This document shows positions 13,401 to 25,400 of a DNA stretch of 64,000 bases, piece after piece; positions within the stretch are counted from its first letter, which is position 1; each line of letters starts with the position of its first letter. The notes under the pieces were generated by a model. It was not told the origin of the DNA. It made no database searches and saw only the letters and a program-made list of their open reading frames with translations. The DNA is from Cyanophora paradoxa CCMP329 (taxonomy: Eukaryota; Plantae; Glaucophyta). The stretch is taken from positions 186,001 through 250,000 of the forward strand of contig QPMI01000445.1 in assembly GCA_004431415.1 (NCBI GenBank), given 5' to 3'. Position numbers and translations under genes: made by a program.

Positions 13401-16400
13401 GCAGGCGGCCGCCCGGCCCGTCAGCAGCCCGAACGTCGCGATCGCGAGCCCGCCCATCCCCGCGCGATTTTTGCGGCCGGGGCCCCGCGCACTGCGAGAT
13501 CGGGCCGTAGGCAGCGCCACGCGGGCGGTTCCACGAGAGCTTCGCGCTGGAGCCCGAGGCCGAGTCCGGTGCCGCCGTGAGCACGATGTTCGAGCCAGGG
13601 TCGGACGGGATGCCAGCCGAGAGCGGGGCCGAGGCCGGGCCGGGCACGCCGCCCGCGCCCAGCGGCACGACTACCAGGCTCGTCACGCCGTCGCGTGGCA
13701 GGTCCGAGACACTCGTCGAGGTCTTGCTGCCCGAGACGGTGCCGACGGGGACGCCGTCCTTGAGGACCTGGTAGCTCTGCGGGGCGCCCGTCGCCGGCGG
13801 GCTCCACGAGAAGGTGCCCGATGCGCCGGCAGCGCGGCTGGATACGTTGGTGAGCTGCAGGTTCGAGGGGGCGGACGGGTTGCTGCTGCCCGCGCCGCCG
13901 GCGTAGGGCGAGAACGGGACCTGCAGGCTTCCCGGCCCGCTCGCCCCGCCCGCAGGCGAGAGCGGCACCACCGAGAAGACGGCCGGCGCCCCCGGCTGCA
14001 GGCCCGTCGCCGTAAACGCGTTGGTCTCGGCGCCCGTCGCGGGGACGGTCGCGATCTGCTGGCCGTTCTTGAGGACGGCGTACCTGCGCCTGGCAGTCAG
14101 TGCCGCCGCGAAGGCCCGCGAAACCCGCCCCGCGCACTGCGACACGGGGCCGTAGCCGCTGCCCTGCGGACTGTTCCACGCGAGGCGTGCGCTCGAGCCC
14201 GAGGCAGGGGCCGCCGTGAGCGTGATGCCCGCGCCGGGATCCGACGGGATACCCGCCGCCAGCGGGGACGACGCCGGGCCGGGCGCGCCGCCCGCACCAA
14301 TCGGCACGACGCTGAGGGTCGCCACGCCGTCGCGCGGCAGGTCCGAGACGCTCGTCGAGATCTTGCTGCCCGAGACGGTGCCGACGGGGACGCCGTCCTT
14401 GAGGACCTGGTAGCTCTGCGGGGCGCCCGTCGCCGGCGGGCTCCACGAGAGCGTGCCCGAGGTGCCGCCCATGAGGCCGGAGGAGACGTTGGTGAGCTGC
14501 AGGTTCGAGGGGGCGGACGGGTTGCTGCTGCCCGCGCCGCCGGCGTAGGGCGAGAGCGGGACCTGCAGGCTTCCCGGCCCGCTCGCCCCGCCCGCAGGCG
14601 AGAGCGGCACCACCGAGAAGACGGCCGGCGCCCCCGGCTGCAGGCCCGTCGCCGTAAACGCGTTGGGCTCGGCGCCCGTCGCGGGGACGGTCGCGATCTG
14701 CTGGCCGTTCTTGAGGACGGCGTACCTGCGCCTGGCAGTCAGTGCCGCCGCGAAGGCCCGCGAAACCCGCCCCGCGCACTGCGACACGGGGCCGTAGCCG
14801 CTGCCCTGCGGACTGTTCCACGCGAGGCGTGCGCTCGAGCCCGAGGCAGGGGCCGCCGTGAGCGTGATGCCCGCGCCGGGATCCGACGGGATACCCGCCG
14901 CCAGCGGGGACGACGCCGGGCCGGGCGCGCCGCCCGCACCGATCGGCACGACGCTGAGGGTCGCCACGCCGTCGCGCGGCAGGTCCGAGACGCTCGTCGA
15001 GATCTTGCTGCCCGAGACGGTGCCGACGGGGACGCCGTCCTTGAGGACCTGGTAGCTCTGCGGGGCGCCCGTCGCCGGCGGGCTCCACGAGAGCGTGCCC
15101 GAGGTGCCGCCCATGAGGCCGGAGGAGACGTTGGTGAGCTGCAGGTTCGAGGGGGCGGACGGGTTGCTGCTGCCCGCGCCCCCGGCGTAGGGCGAGAGCG
15201 GGACCTGCAGGCTTCCCGGCCCGCTCGCCCCGCCCGCAGGCGAGAGCGGCACCACCGAGAAGACGGCCGGCGCCCCCGGCTGCAGGCCCGTCGCCGTAAA
15301 CGCGTTGGTCTCGGCGCCCGTCGCGGGGACGGTCGCGATCTGCTGGCCGTTCTTGAGGACGGCGTACCTGCGCCTGGCAGTCAGTGCCGCCGCGAAGGCC
15401 CGCGAAACCCGCCCCGCGCACTGCGACACGGGGCCGTAGCCGCTGCCCTGCGGACTGTTCCACGCGAGGCGTGCGCTCGAGCCCGAGGCAGGGGCCGCCG
15501 TGAGCGTGATGCCCGCGCCGGGATCCGACGGGATACCCGCCGCCAGCGGGGACGACGCCGGGCCGGGCGCGCCGCCCGCACCAATCGGCACGACGCTGAG
15601 GGTCGCCACGCCGTCGCGCGGCAGGTCTGAGACGCTCATCGAGATCTTGCTGCCCGAGACGGTGCCGACGGGGACGCCGTCCTTGAGGACCTGGTAGCTC
15701 TGCGGGGCGCCCGTCGCCGGCGGGCTCCACGAGAGCGTGCCCGAGGTGCCGCCCATGAGGCCGGAGGAGACGTTGGTGAGCTGCAGGTTCGAGGGGGCGG
15801 ACGGGTTGCTGCTGCCCGCGCCAGTTTGGCCAGGCCCACCTGCGAACGGCGATCTAGACAGGGGGACCTTCAGGCTTCCCGGCCCGCTCGCCCCGCCCGC
15901 AGGCGAGAGCGGCACCACCGAGAAGACGGCCGGCGCCCCCGGCTGCAGGCCCGTCGCCGTAAACGCGTTGGTCTCGGCGCCCGTCGCGGGGACGGTCGCG
16001 ATCTGCTGGCCGTTCTTGAGGACGGCGTACCTGCGCCTGGCAGTCAGTGCCGCCGCGAAGGCCCGCGAAACCCGCCCCGCGCACTGCGACACGGGGCCGT
16101 AGCCGCTGCCCTGCGGCCGGTTCCACGCGAGGCGTGCGCTCGAGCCCGAGGCAGGGGCCGCCGTGAGCGTGATGCCCGCGCCGGGATCCGACGGGATACC
16201 CGCCGCCAGCGGGGCCGAGGCCGTTCCCGGCGTGCTATTCGGGTCGATTGGTACGACGCTGAGGGTCGCCACGCCGTTGCGCGGCAGGTCTGAGACGCTC
16301 ATCGAGATCTTGCTGCCCGAGACGGTGCCGACGGGGACGCCGTCCTTGAGGACCTGGTAGCTCTGCGGGGCGCCCGTCGCCGGCGGGCTCCACGAGAGCG

Positions 16401-19400
16401 TGCCCGAGGTTCCGACCAGAAATCCAGTTGAGACATTGTTGAGCTGTAGATTGGAGGGCGCAGACGGGGGCGTGACCGGTGGACCACCGACCTCGTCGGC
16501 GCCTGGCAGCACGACGACGTGATTTATCGGCGCAGCCCCCGGTAGCGACGCTCCTGTACTGGCGATAGACGACGCGTCGGATTTCCGCTGAGTGTAGTAC
16601 AAAATACCTGCTGCCGCTAGGAGAGCAGTCGCTCCGACTGCCACAGTAATCGGAATGACGTAGGGCTTCGAGTCTGAGCCTCCCGGGGAGGTCTGAGAAT
16701 GTGCAACGTGAGGTCGATTCGGTAGGCGTATGGGAAGCGTACACGCAGACCTCTTTGTCCGGCTCATATGTTTGCCAATAGGATGCCGCTGATTTCGAAG
16801 ATGTTGCTGCAGGCGCACTTGGGACAGAGATGCTTGCAACCTTAAGAGCACAAAGGTCAATTGCATTACCAACACGAAACATGCCGAGAAAGGAGCATAC
16901 GGTGAAGGTCGTCTGTTTCATCCAGCAAAACAATTAAGAGCACGTTAGGTTTCCCAAACCACTTTTGGAAAACAGGAATTTTTAGCGCGCACCAAATGGT
17001 CGCTATCGTGTCAAATTTGCAGGGCGAGACCGTTATCGGACGCAAAAAGAGAGTTTATCGGAAACATGAACAACCGGCGCACCAGAACGCCCTTGCGTAC
17101 CACACTTGCTGCACAAGGAGTTAATGACTGTAGCGATTGCGACCTGGCTGTACTAGCTGTAAAGAATTTCCAATTTGGGCCAGTTACCCTGAATTCGGTG
17201 TCCGAGTTGTTCACCGCAAAAATGTCTTTCTCGAGATCTATGTCTCCACCGCATCTCTGCCAAGCCTTCTTCGTAGTGTTCCCTGTTAAAAGTTGGCGGT
17301 TGGTATCAAAGTCCGTGAGGAATTGAATAACAAAATAAAGGCAGCAACTCACAAAAGACAAACGCGAGCGTGGTGTTCGGTCTCTCGGTCTGATACCACT
17401 GCATATCGAATTACTGTCGGACTGCCTCTTCAATCAAGCAGTGCTTACAGGGAACGGAATTTCAAAGGTGATGTTTCGCGGAAGGTCCATGACCACTGTA
17501 TCGTAGACCACCACGTCGAGAATGCCGCCTGCCGGAGAAAACGAATGCGCAAGGCAATATTACTCTGTAATCCAAGAGTCAGTAATTCGAGCGTGGTGTA
17601 CCTACGATCGTTGCGCGCCCAACGATACTTCCACTGTCGCCCGCTTCAAAGCGACTTGAGTAGGGGTTTCTCGCCAGGTTTTGCAGGACGACCCCAAAGC
17701 CTAATAGAAATGAAATGAGAGCGATGCAAAATGAGCTTTGATATTTATTTTTTGCTATTTCCATCCTATGCCGCACATCCCACGTACCATCCCGTCCGTC
17801 GCCTCGAGGAGCAAGACCCCGTATTTCAGGCTGTGGGAAAAGCGTCACGTTGTGAAAGCATCCTCCTACATATAACTGGGTCTGGCTCGCACCCCTGGGA
17901 TGTACGCAGTAGCCGGTGCAAGGCGTTTGCTGGGGTTCGGCAGCGATGAAAATGGATACATATCTGAAGTGCGTGGAGCCTTAGAATGCAATATGACATA
18001 GATAAAGACTCTAGATCTGCTGGCGGGTGAAGCGGTATAGCTTTGAATCGGCCACCTCGTCTGTCCGTGAAGCAGATTTTGGCTGCCGTGACCGCAACTC
18101 TGTTTGCCGCTTTCTTGTCCAGCCCCTGCCATTCGCCAAATTAAATGCAAATCATCCACTGTATGCATTTGCGCAGACCTGCTTGCAGGTATCGCACTCG
18201 ATTGCGCTAAAAAGATGGCGACCGTCAATGCGAGTTCGAGAACGGTTCAATAGCTATAGGCCTATAATTACCGCTTGTGCATTCCCTTGATGACCTGCAA
18301 CAGCAAACGTTATTACACAGATTCATGTTGAACAGATAGTTGGCTCATACAAACCTCGTCGAGCTGAATGGCCATCGGGCTCTCCACTTTCTCGCCGCTA
18401 GCGCTCTCGTTCACAGCGAAGTTGTCGCTCGAAAGAACACCGTCCGCCGCAAGCGCCAACTATCCATAAATAAGTTGATTTGAATACGCCGTGCCAAAAT
18501 GGCAAGACAAAAATGAAGGGAGCTATTTCGCAAGAGCATCGGACCGTCCCAAGGAGGTCCTCCTGTCCCGCAATCGAGCACGGATCCATGCCTTTGACCA
18601 GGCGGGCCTGGCACCCAAAGAAAACGTCCTGAGACGATGGTGTACAGGTGCTGCGAGCGATTGATTCACGGCGCCGTTGAGCATGACATCGCAAGAACAC
18701 GCTCGCACCGACTGACGAGCTCGCTTAGCTGGTTGAACAGAGCAAGGACCGACAGCTTCTGATCCTGGGTCTGCTCCAGGTAAGGAAACGGTACACCCAG
18801 CAGGATGAAAAAGGGCTTCAAATCGAACCATGTCTTGTTGCGCGGACGCATCGCAAGCCTTGGTAATCATTGATTCAACGACGCTCCGCGTTTGTGGATC
18901 GTCGATCTTGTTAGACGCGTACGGATCTGAAACTCGTTCAATTTATTTTAGATCATATATACGTTTCTCGTAATCACCTTGGCTGACGGGAGGAAGGTTG
19001 CTCTTGAGTACTGGCGTCACGACGGACAGGATCTGCTCTGCGGGGAGGCTTGAACTTAACACATTCTTCGCGGCCTCAATCGACGCCTCTTTCGTGGCTG
19101 GCTTGCTGACGTTAGGGTAAAGCTTGCACTCTGGCAAGATTCTTTCGTCAGGGCAGATACGCATACAGCTCACGAAACATATTGTTTGCACCAACAACGG
19201 CGCCGTTCGCGTCGGCGATGATTCCGACGAGCGTCACTGGTAGTCCGGCCGGCAGCAGCACATCCAGTATGTTTGAAGATTCCTGTGGCGCCACAACCGG
19301 AACGCGCGTCCCGTCCGACTCAAGCCGCCGCAACGCGTATGTGAGCGGCTCTCCACTTGGGTCGCTTGCCGTGAAGCCAAGCATGGACACATTGAACTTC

Positions 19401-22400
19401 GTGATGAGCGCGCTGCCCTGGGCTGGATTGATGGTGCAGTTCCCAGCGGTTGGAGGACCCAGAATCCTCACAAGGACTTCGGACGTCACTGCATAAGAGA
19501 TCAAATTTGATTTTCAGAATCCCAACAGCTCGCAACTGTGCGCACCCGTCTCGTCCGACGGGGCCCCTGGATAGCGCGCGAAGCACCGAAACTTGTACGT
19601 TTTTCCAAGCTGGAGCGGAGCGCGATTGTCGGCAAAGAGGCGGAGGAAGAGATCCGCATTTGTTCCTCCAGCGGCAGTGTAGGTGCTAAAATCAACGCCC
19701 GCGAGCTCCGGCTCGCCAACAGCGTCGGACCAGCCCATCTCCGCCACGTTCACAAAGTTCGGGTCCGTCGGCACGCGGGCCATGCATCGAATCACGGCAT
19801 CACGGCTGGACGGGATGCGCAGTGGGTCCTTAGCTGGCGAGAGGCTCATCTGCAAGGTTATTAGAAGACATTAAAGATTGAGAATTTATTGGAAGACTGA
19901 CGTCGGTGGTAATGAGGGGGAGAGGTTTTTCCGTGACAAGGACGTGAACGAGGGTCTGATCCTCCGAAATGGAGCCGTCCGGGCAGCGCGAACGAATGTA
20001 GAGGTGCATGGTGTAGTTCTTGCCCGCCACAAGTCCCGCTGGGTGTGATTGAATACGTGTGCGTGCACAAGGTTGAGGTCAGTCCCATTTATACGTAATT
20101 GAAATCAATTACCAATTTTCTGCTCGGATGCCCCGGACCAGTCCGGAATCAGAGAAACGGTCTTGTTGATCGACGGTCTGCGGCGTTATGGAGCAGTTAT
20201 TACCGGGAGTCACATGAAAGAGAAACACGGAGTTGCGCACCCGAGATTGAACAGGCTCTGCGCGCTCTTGAAAGGGTCGAGGTACGGAACAAGCGACCAA
20301 GTGTACTCAAAGACAGCCTTTGCCGAGCAAGAGGGGTCGTAAGAACTGCGATCGCTCAACGTAACGTCTTGTACACGGAAATTGAAAAATGCAAACGTAC
20401 GGAGAGCTGTCAAAGCGGATTGGATATCGGTCGGGCACGATCCTGTAGCCTCCCGCAATAATAGCTTTAACAGCCGCAAGGGGCGGGAGGATGACAATGT
20501 CGCAACGCGTCGTATCAATGCTGTAACGGAGTCCGTGTGGTCGCGTCGAGTTGACCCGCAGACTGGGTGTGCACGTGTAGATTGCGTCAGCAACAGATCA
20601 AGCGAGGTATATATGTAAACTGGAAATATACGCACTACAGTGTCCAGTTTGAGTTTGCTACAAGTTGGGCTGCGGGATGCATGATATCATTCAAAGGCAT
20701 CATCGCTAAAAAGCATTCATTCTATATGTATATAGCGAACAAAGCATGAAAACGCTCACGCATGCCGCCTGATGCAAGAGCAGGGAGAATGCTAAGAGGG
20801 AAGCTCGGATTCGGCCCCCACTCAGCAATCACGTTGCTCGAATTGAAGTTCTCCTTCCAGGGCACGAGCCTCCAGAAGTTTGTCAGCGGTGTCGTCGGCG
20901 CGTCCGGCCGCGTGGGAGCGAATCCGGGGTCGTAGCTCGGCTCGCCCGTGATCGGAAGTGCTTGGTCAGCGGGGGTGGACTTCGTGAAGGGCCCAGCAAT
21001 GATTGCGATGACTTCGGGGACGGGCAGCACGACGATCACGCAGGTCGTGAAGTTTATGGAGTTCGGAATGCCTGTGGCCGCTGGGCGCGTGGTGTTGACT
21101 GCGCACGAAGACTCCTTTCAGGCATAGTGAAATAATATTATACATTCCGGAAGACGGTAACAAGCACTTACCCATCAGCCACAAAGTGTAGTTGCTCCTC
21201 GATCGAAATCCGGCTGTTTCGAAGACATCACGAATCTCAGAAATGGGATGCGCTTAGCAGTCGACAGCTTCTGCAGAAAAGAAAAGACTATGTATTTTTA
21301 TTCAAGGCTTGGGGCAGAGCGCACGCAGTCCCTGTGCGTCTTCAGCACGGAAAGAAATGAGCTTCTGGGGGCTCGGCCCGATCTGCTGGATGGCTCGCGT
21401 CGAGTTATAGGGGTCACCGAGCGGAACCAAGCGCCAGGTGTACTCCAGCACGGCATTTTCCTCCACCGGCTTCGACTCGTCATATGGCATCTCTACGTCG
21501 AAGGACGGGGAGCCGTCGATGGGGAGCGCGGGCCGCAGGGCGAGGTCGAGGATCTTGGGGTTCTCGTACGCGATGATTGCTATAACGCCACGATGCGGAG
21601 GGCATGGATTCGTAATATTCACATTGTTGGACCTGGCCTCGCGCCAGCCGAATCGGTTCAGCACGTAAAGAACGAATCGGTGGGTCCCGAACGAGTGACA
21701 CCGCCGTGGATCAATGAACGCTCTGGTCACTTCCTGTTCTACGGCATCGGGATTGATGGGGTCGTAAACTGTTACGTTCCGTTCGACGTTCCCGTCAGGG
21801 CTCATCTGTGCACACATGTAATTCGGTCAAACAGGCCAAAGCTCGATCGAGAGAGCTCGACCGTTACCCACTTTTTGAAGAATTCCAAAGTACTGCAGCA
21901 CTGGAAACCTTGGATTGGTCCACGTGGCTCTTGAGAGCGTTAAGTTGACACCCGCCGCTGATCACGAGCATCGAATTTGAAGTCAACGTTCGAACACAAA
22001 CTAAGCAGAAGTGCAACCTGCAATTGCACTTACGCATGAACGGATCGGAATAGTTTTCTGCAGTGCCCTCTTTGAATACAATAGAGTAGCTGAAAGTGAT
22101 GCGCTCCCCGGGCTGGATTCTGCTGGTTTTCGCTTCTTCGAAATCGAACATAATCGTCTGCGCGAAAAATGAAGGTATAAATCAGATCAAACCATCGTCA
22201 AAATCGTGACCTCGAGAGATAATTAAAACGAACAAGCTTGTAATCCCCCGTGACCGTCGCTCCGACCGTCGCGTAAGGCACGTGAAGCGCTTTTTGTTCG
22301 GGAACGCCCCCTTGCCAACTCGTGAGGGCCCAAGGCGGATTCGCGAAGCCAGACGAAAATCCTGGAGCGTTTGTTGGGTTGTTTGTGTATTCACGCCCGT

Positions 22401-25400
22401 AGAACACTCGCGAGCTGTCATCTAAGGACGGCAGGTTGAGTATGCTGATCGATATCGCAAACAAATTATTGAGAATCGCCGGACCGGTTGAAACGTAGCC
22501 CACAAAGCAGCGGTCTAGATACCGTCCCTTTGCCCCGACGGAGGCGACGTTTCCAGAAGCCCCTGAACAGATGCGTCGATGGGTTTATCATGCGACGCTG
22601 ACTCGAAAATCAAAAGTATGTCGAACCCGGAAGGCGCGACGCAGCCACCTGGGAGTAGACTTTATTCTACCGAGGAGAGATTATTTTAAAACAAAGCAGC
22701 GAAAAGCGAGTGAAGATCAAAGAGCAAATTCAACCTGAGTCGCTGCGCAGAGCAAGTTTGAAGTCAAAGTGAGCTCAAATTGCAGGTGTTAGAGCTTATC
22801 AATAAAGGCAATTGAAGTCTATGCAACGGAGAGGTCGCTGCTCTCAGAGCAGCTCGATGATTGAGAAGCAGCGACGGTATTGGAATACGTAGCCGCGCAT
22901 GCTCGCAGAGCGAGTTATAATTATATAAAATTATGATCAAGAGCAGTAAAGGAAAAGGGCGCCAACGTTCTACCCACGCGTCCTCCTTCAAAATGCAAGC
23001 GCACCGTAGAGGTCTGCTCGGCACAAGGAGGAGAGCGCATAAGAGTTTGCTTCTGTTTAAAAACGTAAAGGTCATAATCGCACCTCCTCCGGCGGAAAGT
23101 TCTTCATTTTGCCTCGCAGGACCCCTACAATAGCGACGTTGGTGAAGTTGGCGATAGTATATATTGCGTAATATTCCGAACCAGTATGTTTTGCTAAAGA
23201 ATGTTGCCGTGTCGGCCGTTTCTTCAGGCTCTCCAGCCGTGGTCCCGAATTGAGAGTCCTGATCTGCTGCAGGTTTAGTTTGGTCGAGCTGTTTTCACAC
23301 ACAACCTCAGTCACCAGGGTCGACCTCTCTGCACGTGTATTTCATCATAAGTAAAAGCTAAAAGAGCGGACGGGATGATACGAGCCAGTACTAGTAGCAC
23401 CTGAGATAATAAGGAACGTAAGCGGGAGCAGTCCCCTCATTTTTGATTTCAACATCGATGTAGACTGCTCACAGGTTTAAAGTTGATCACGAGTACTCGA
23501 TAGCAGCAAAAAAACGCACTGATCATGTCGGTCATGTCAGTCACGAGGTGGGTGTGCGTGAATGAAACAAGGGAATTGTGGTCGACGGCTTTATGGATCA
23601 CGGTGACTCCCAAATCGTCGACTGACTTGGACACAATGCTTCCCTTGAGAGCCGTTGAGTTTGCTCCGGAGTAAGCTGAAACGGCAGAGACGGTAGACTA
23701 GTCAGCCGATGGTTTTAGCCAGATGCGGCAAGAAGCGGAAATCAGGTACTGGTGCTTTCGAAGAACTGGCACTGTCCATGCGCTTGTGATCCCGGATTCA
23801 CTCTCGCATCGCAACTGACATTCCTTCGTAGCCCTGTAGAGGAAGTCCATGGCCATCCACAGATATCGCGATCGATCAGCGTGCGTCGCAACCCCGCCTT
23901 CTCTACAAATTTAGGGACAAAGCGCGCTGCTTACCATGCTTTGATACAGAAACCATGAAACGAGCACAGTGAGTTCGCAGATCGCAAGCGCGCATCGCGC
24001 GTCCGCACAAAATGATGCACTCACATTCCCAAAGCCCTGCGTGTAAGCCCTATCAGCTCGGCACAACACCAGCGGAAGGTTCGCATCACCTTTCCGTTGA
24101 CCATGGTTCCCCACTAGCGCGTTTGGACGTTAGCGAAAAAACAAGCGAGCGATCGCGGTATAACGCGACCGCGGATGCACCCCCTCATACGGAGTTCCTG
24201 GCTGCTCTCAAGTAAATAACGCGCACGCACAAAATCGAAATAACAGTGATATCAATGAACGTTTGCACACCACAAAGTAATCCCTGCGCGCAATGGAGGA
24301 AGCAAAATTAAAACCGAGCACTGGATCTTTTCAATTCTGCTGCGGTGCACGCGCGCGTACCCGCAAACGGCAATCTGCCGGCCTTTCATCCATCCCTTCC
24401 CAGTGGCCTTGTCAAGCGTTGAGACATCGGGAATGTAATTGTCCCAGTCGGGCCACGCTGAAGGAAAGCGCATCGGCTTGAAATAACGATCACAGGTATA
24501 CGATATCTACACGAAAAAGCGCAGACTAACGCACAATTCCAGCCTGCGGACCGAAATTTGTGAGCGGAAATGCGTCATAGCAGCAAAGGGAATCAAAAAG
24601 CATTCACCGTCCGCATCACTGTCAGCGAAAAGACCTGTGGTAACGATAGTGTCTTCAGCAACATGCGCAGTATTTGAATTCGAGAGTTCTTCCGCTTTTC
24701 GAACCAATTGCGGAAAGCGTTGTCAGATGTGGCGATGAGGTGAGCCAGGAACGAGGAATTCGTGCCGGGTCCAGCGCATGCGTCCCTGTTGGAATTTCGC
24801 TCATGTGCTGCAGGGCTGAGCTCTACGAAAGCTCAAGTGTTACCAAAGGTGCCCTCGACATGGTGAAAGCCTGCGCAGATGTATTTGGAGCACGCAAGCA
24901 CATCTCTGGGCGATGGTCGAATCAAAACGTCTGGCATTAAAACTTGCAAGGCAAAAGAAAAGCCGCGGCACCCCGTGTAGATGTCAACGGCTTGCTGCAA
25001 TGGCATACTGATTGCTAAGCGTCCTCGAATCTCAAAGAGAGGCAAAGTCAGCAACGGAACAGCGGCTGCGCGCAAACAAAATGACGAGAGGGGAACAGTC
25101 AGTTCGTTTGCGGATTGTTTAAAGCTGACACAGCTCACATTGATCAAACGCTGCAGTGATTCCCGCGCTGCCTGTCCCCCAGACGTCGCTGTTGCGCACT
25201 CTGTTCTTCCTTCAGATATGCAGCCGCGCGGATTGAAGGAGCGGAATGAGGGGGCGAAAAATGCGAACCCGAAATAAAACTCTTGAGTAATTCGCCAGAC
25301 AGCGTCTTTCAGACATGCATGTGTGGAATATATATAGGAAAAACGGGGACGAACCAGTTCTGTTAGAGCTCGGGTAGGAAAAGAACTGTTCGCCGCTCAA

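Noticed and set aside
2400-16300. Numerous long plus-strand and alternative-frame ORFs (Arg/Gly/Pro-rich) over the FN3 array
   Set aside because: Shadow ORFs of very GC-rich repeated coding sequence; only the spliced minus-strand frame gives a coherent domain.
2770-16470. Regular repeat-plus-insert pattern as a CRISPR-like or diversity-generating cassette array
   Set aside because: The inserts are GT-AG introns with CTGAC branch points and are near-identical between copies; there are no unique spacers and no cas or RT genes.
17660-17730. Apparent extra hydrophobic helix (IALISFLLGFGVVL) in ORF 17579-17848
   Set aside because: The hydrophobic half lies in an intron (acceptor ..CTATTAG at ~17702); the spliced product has no TM here.
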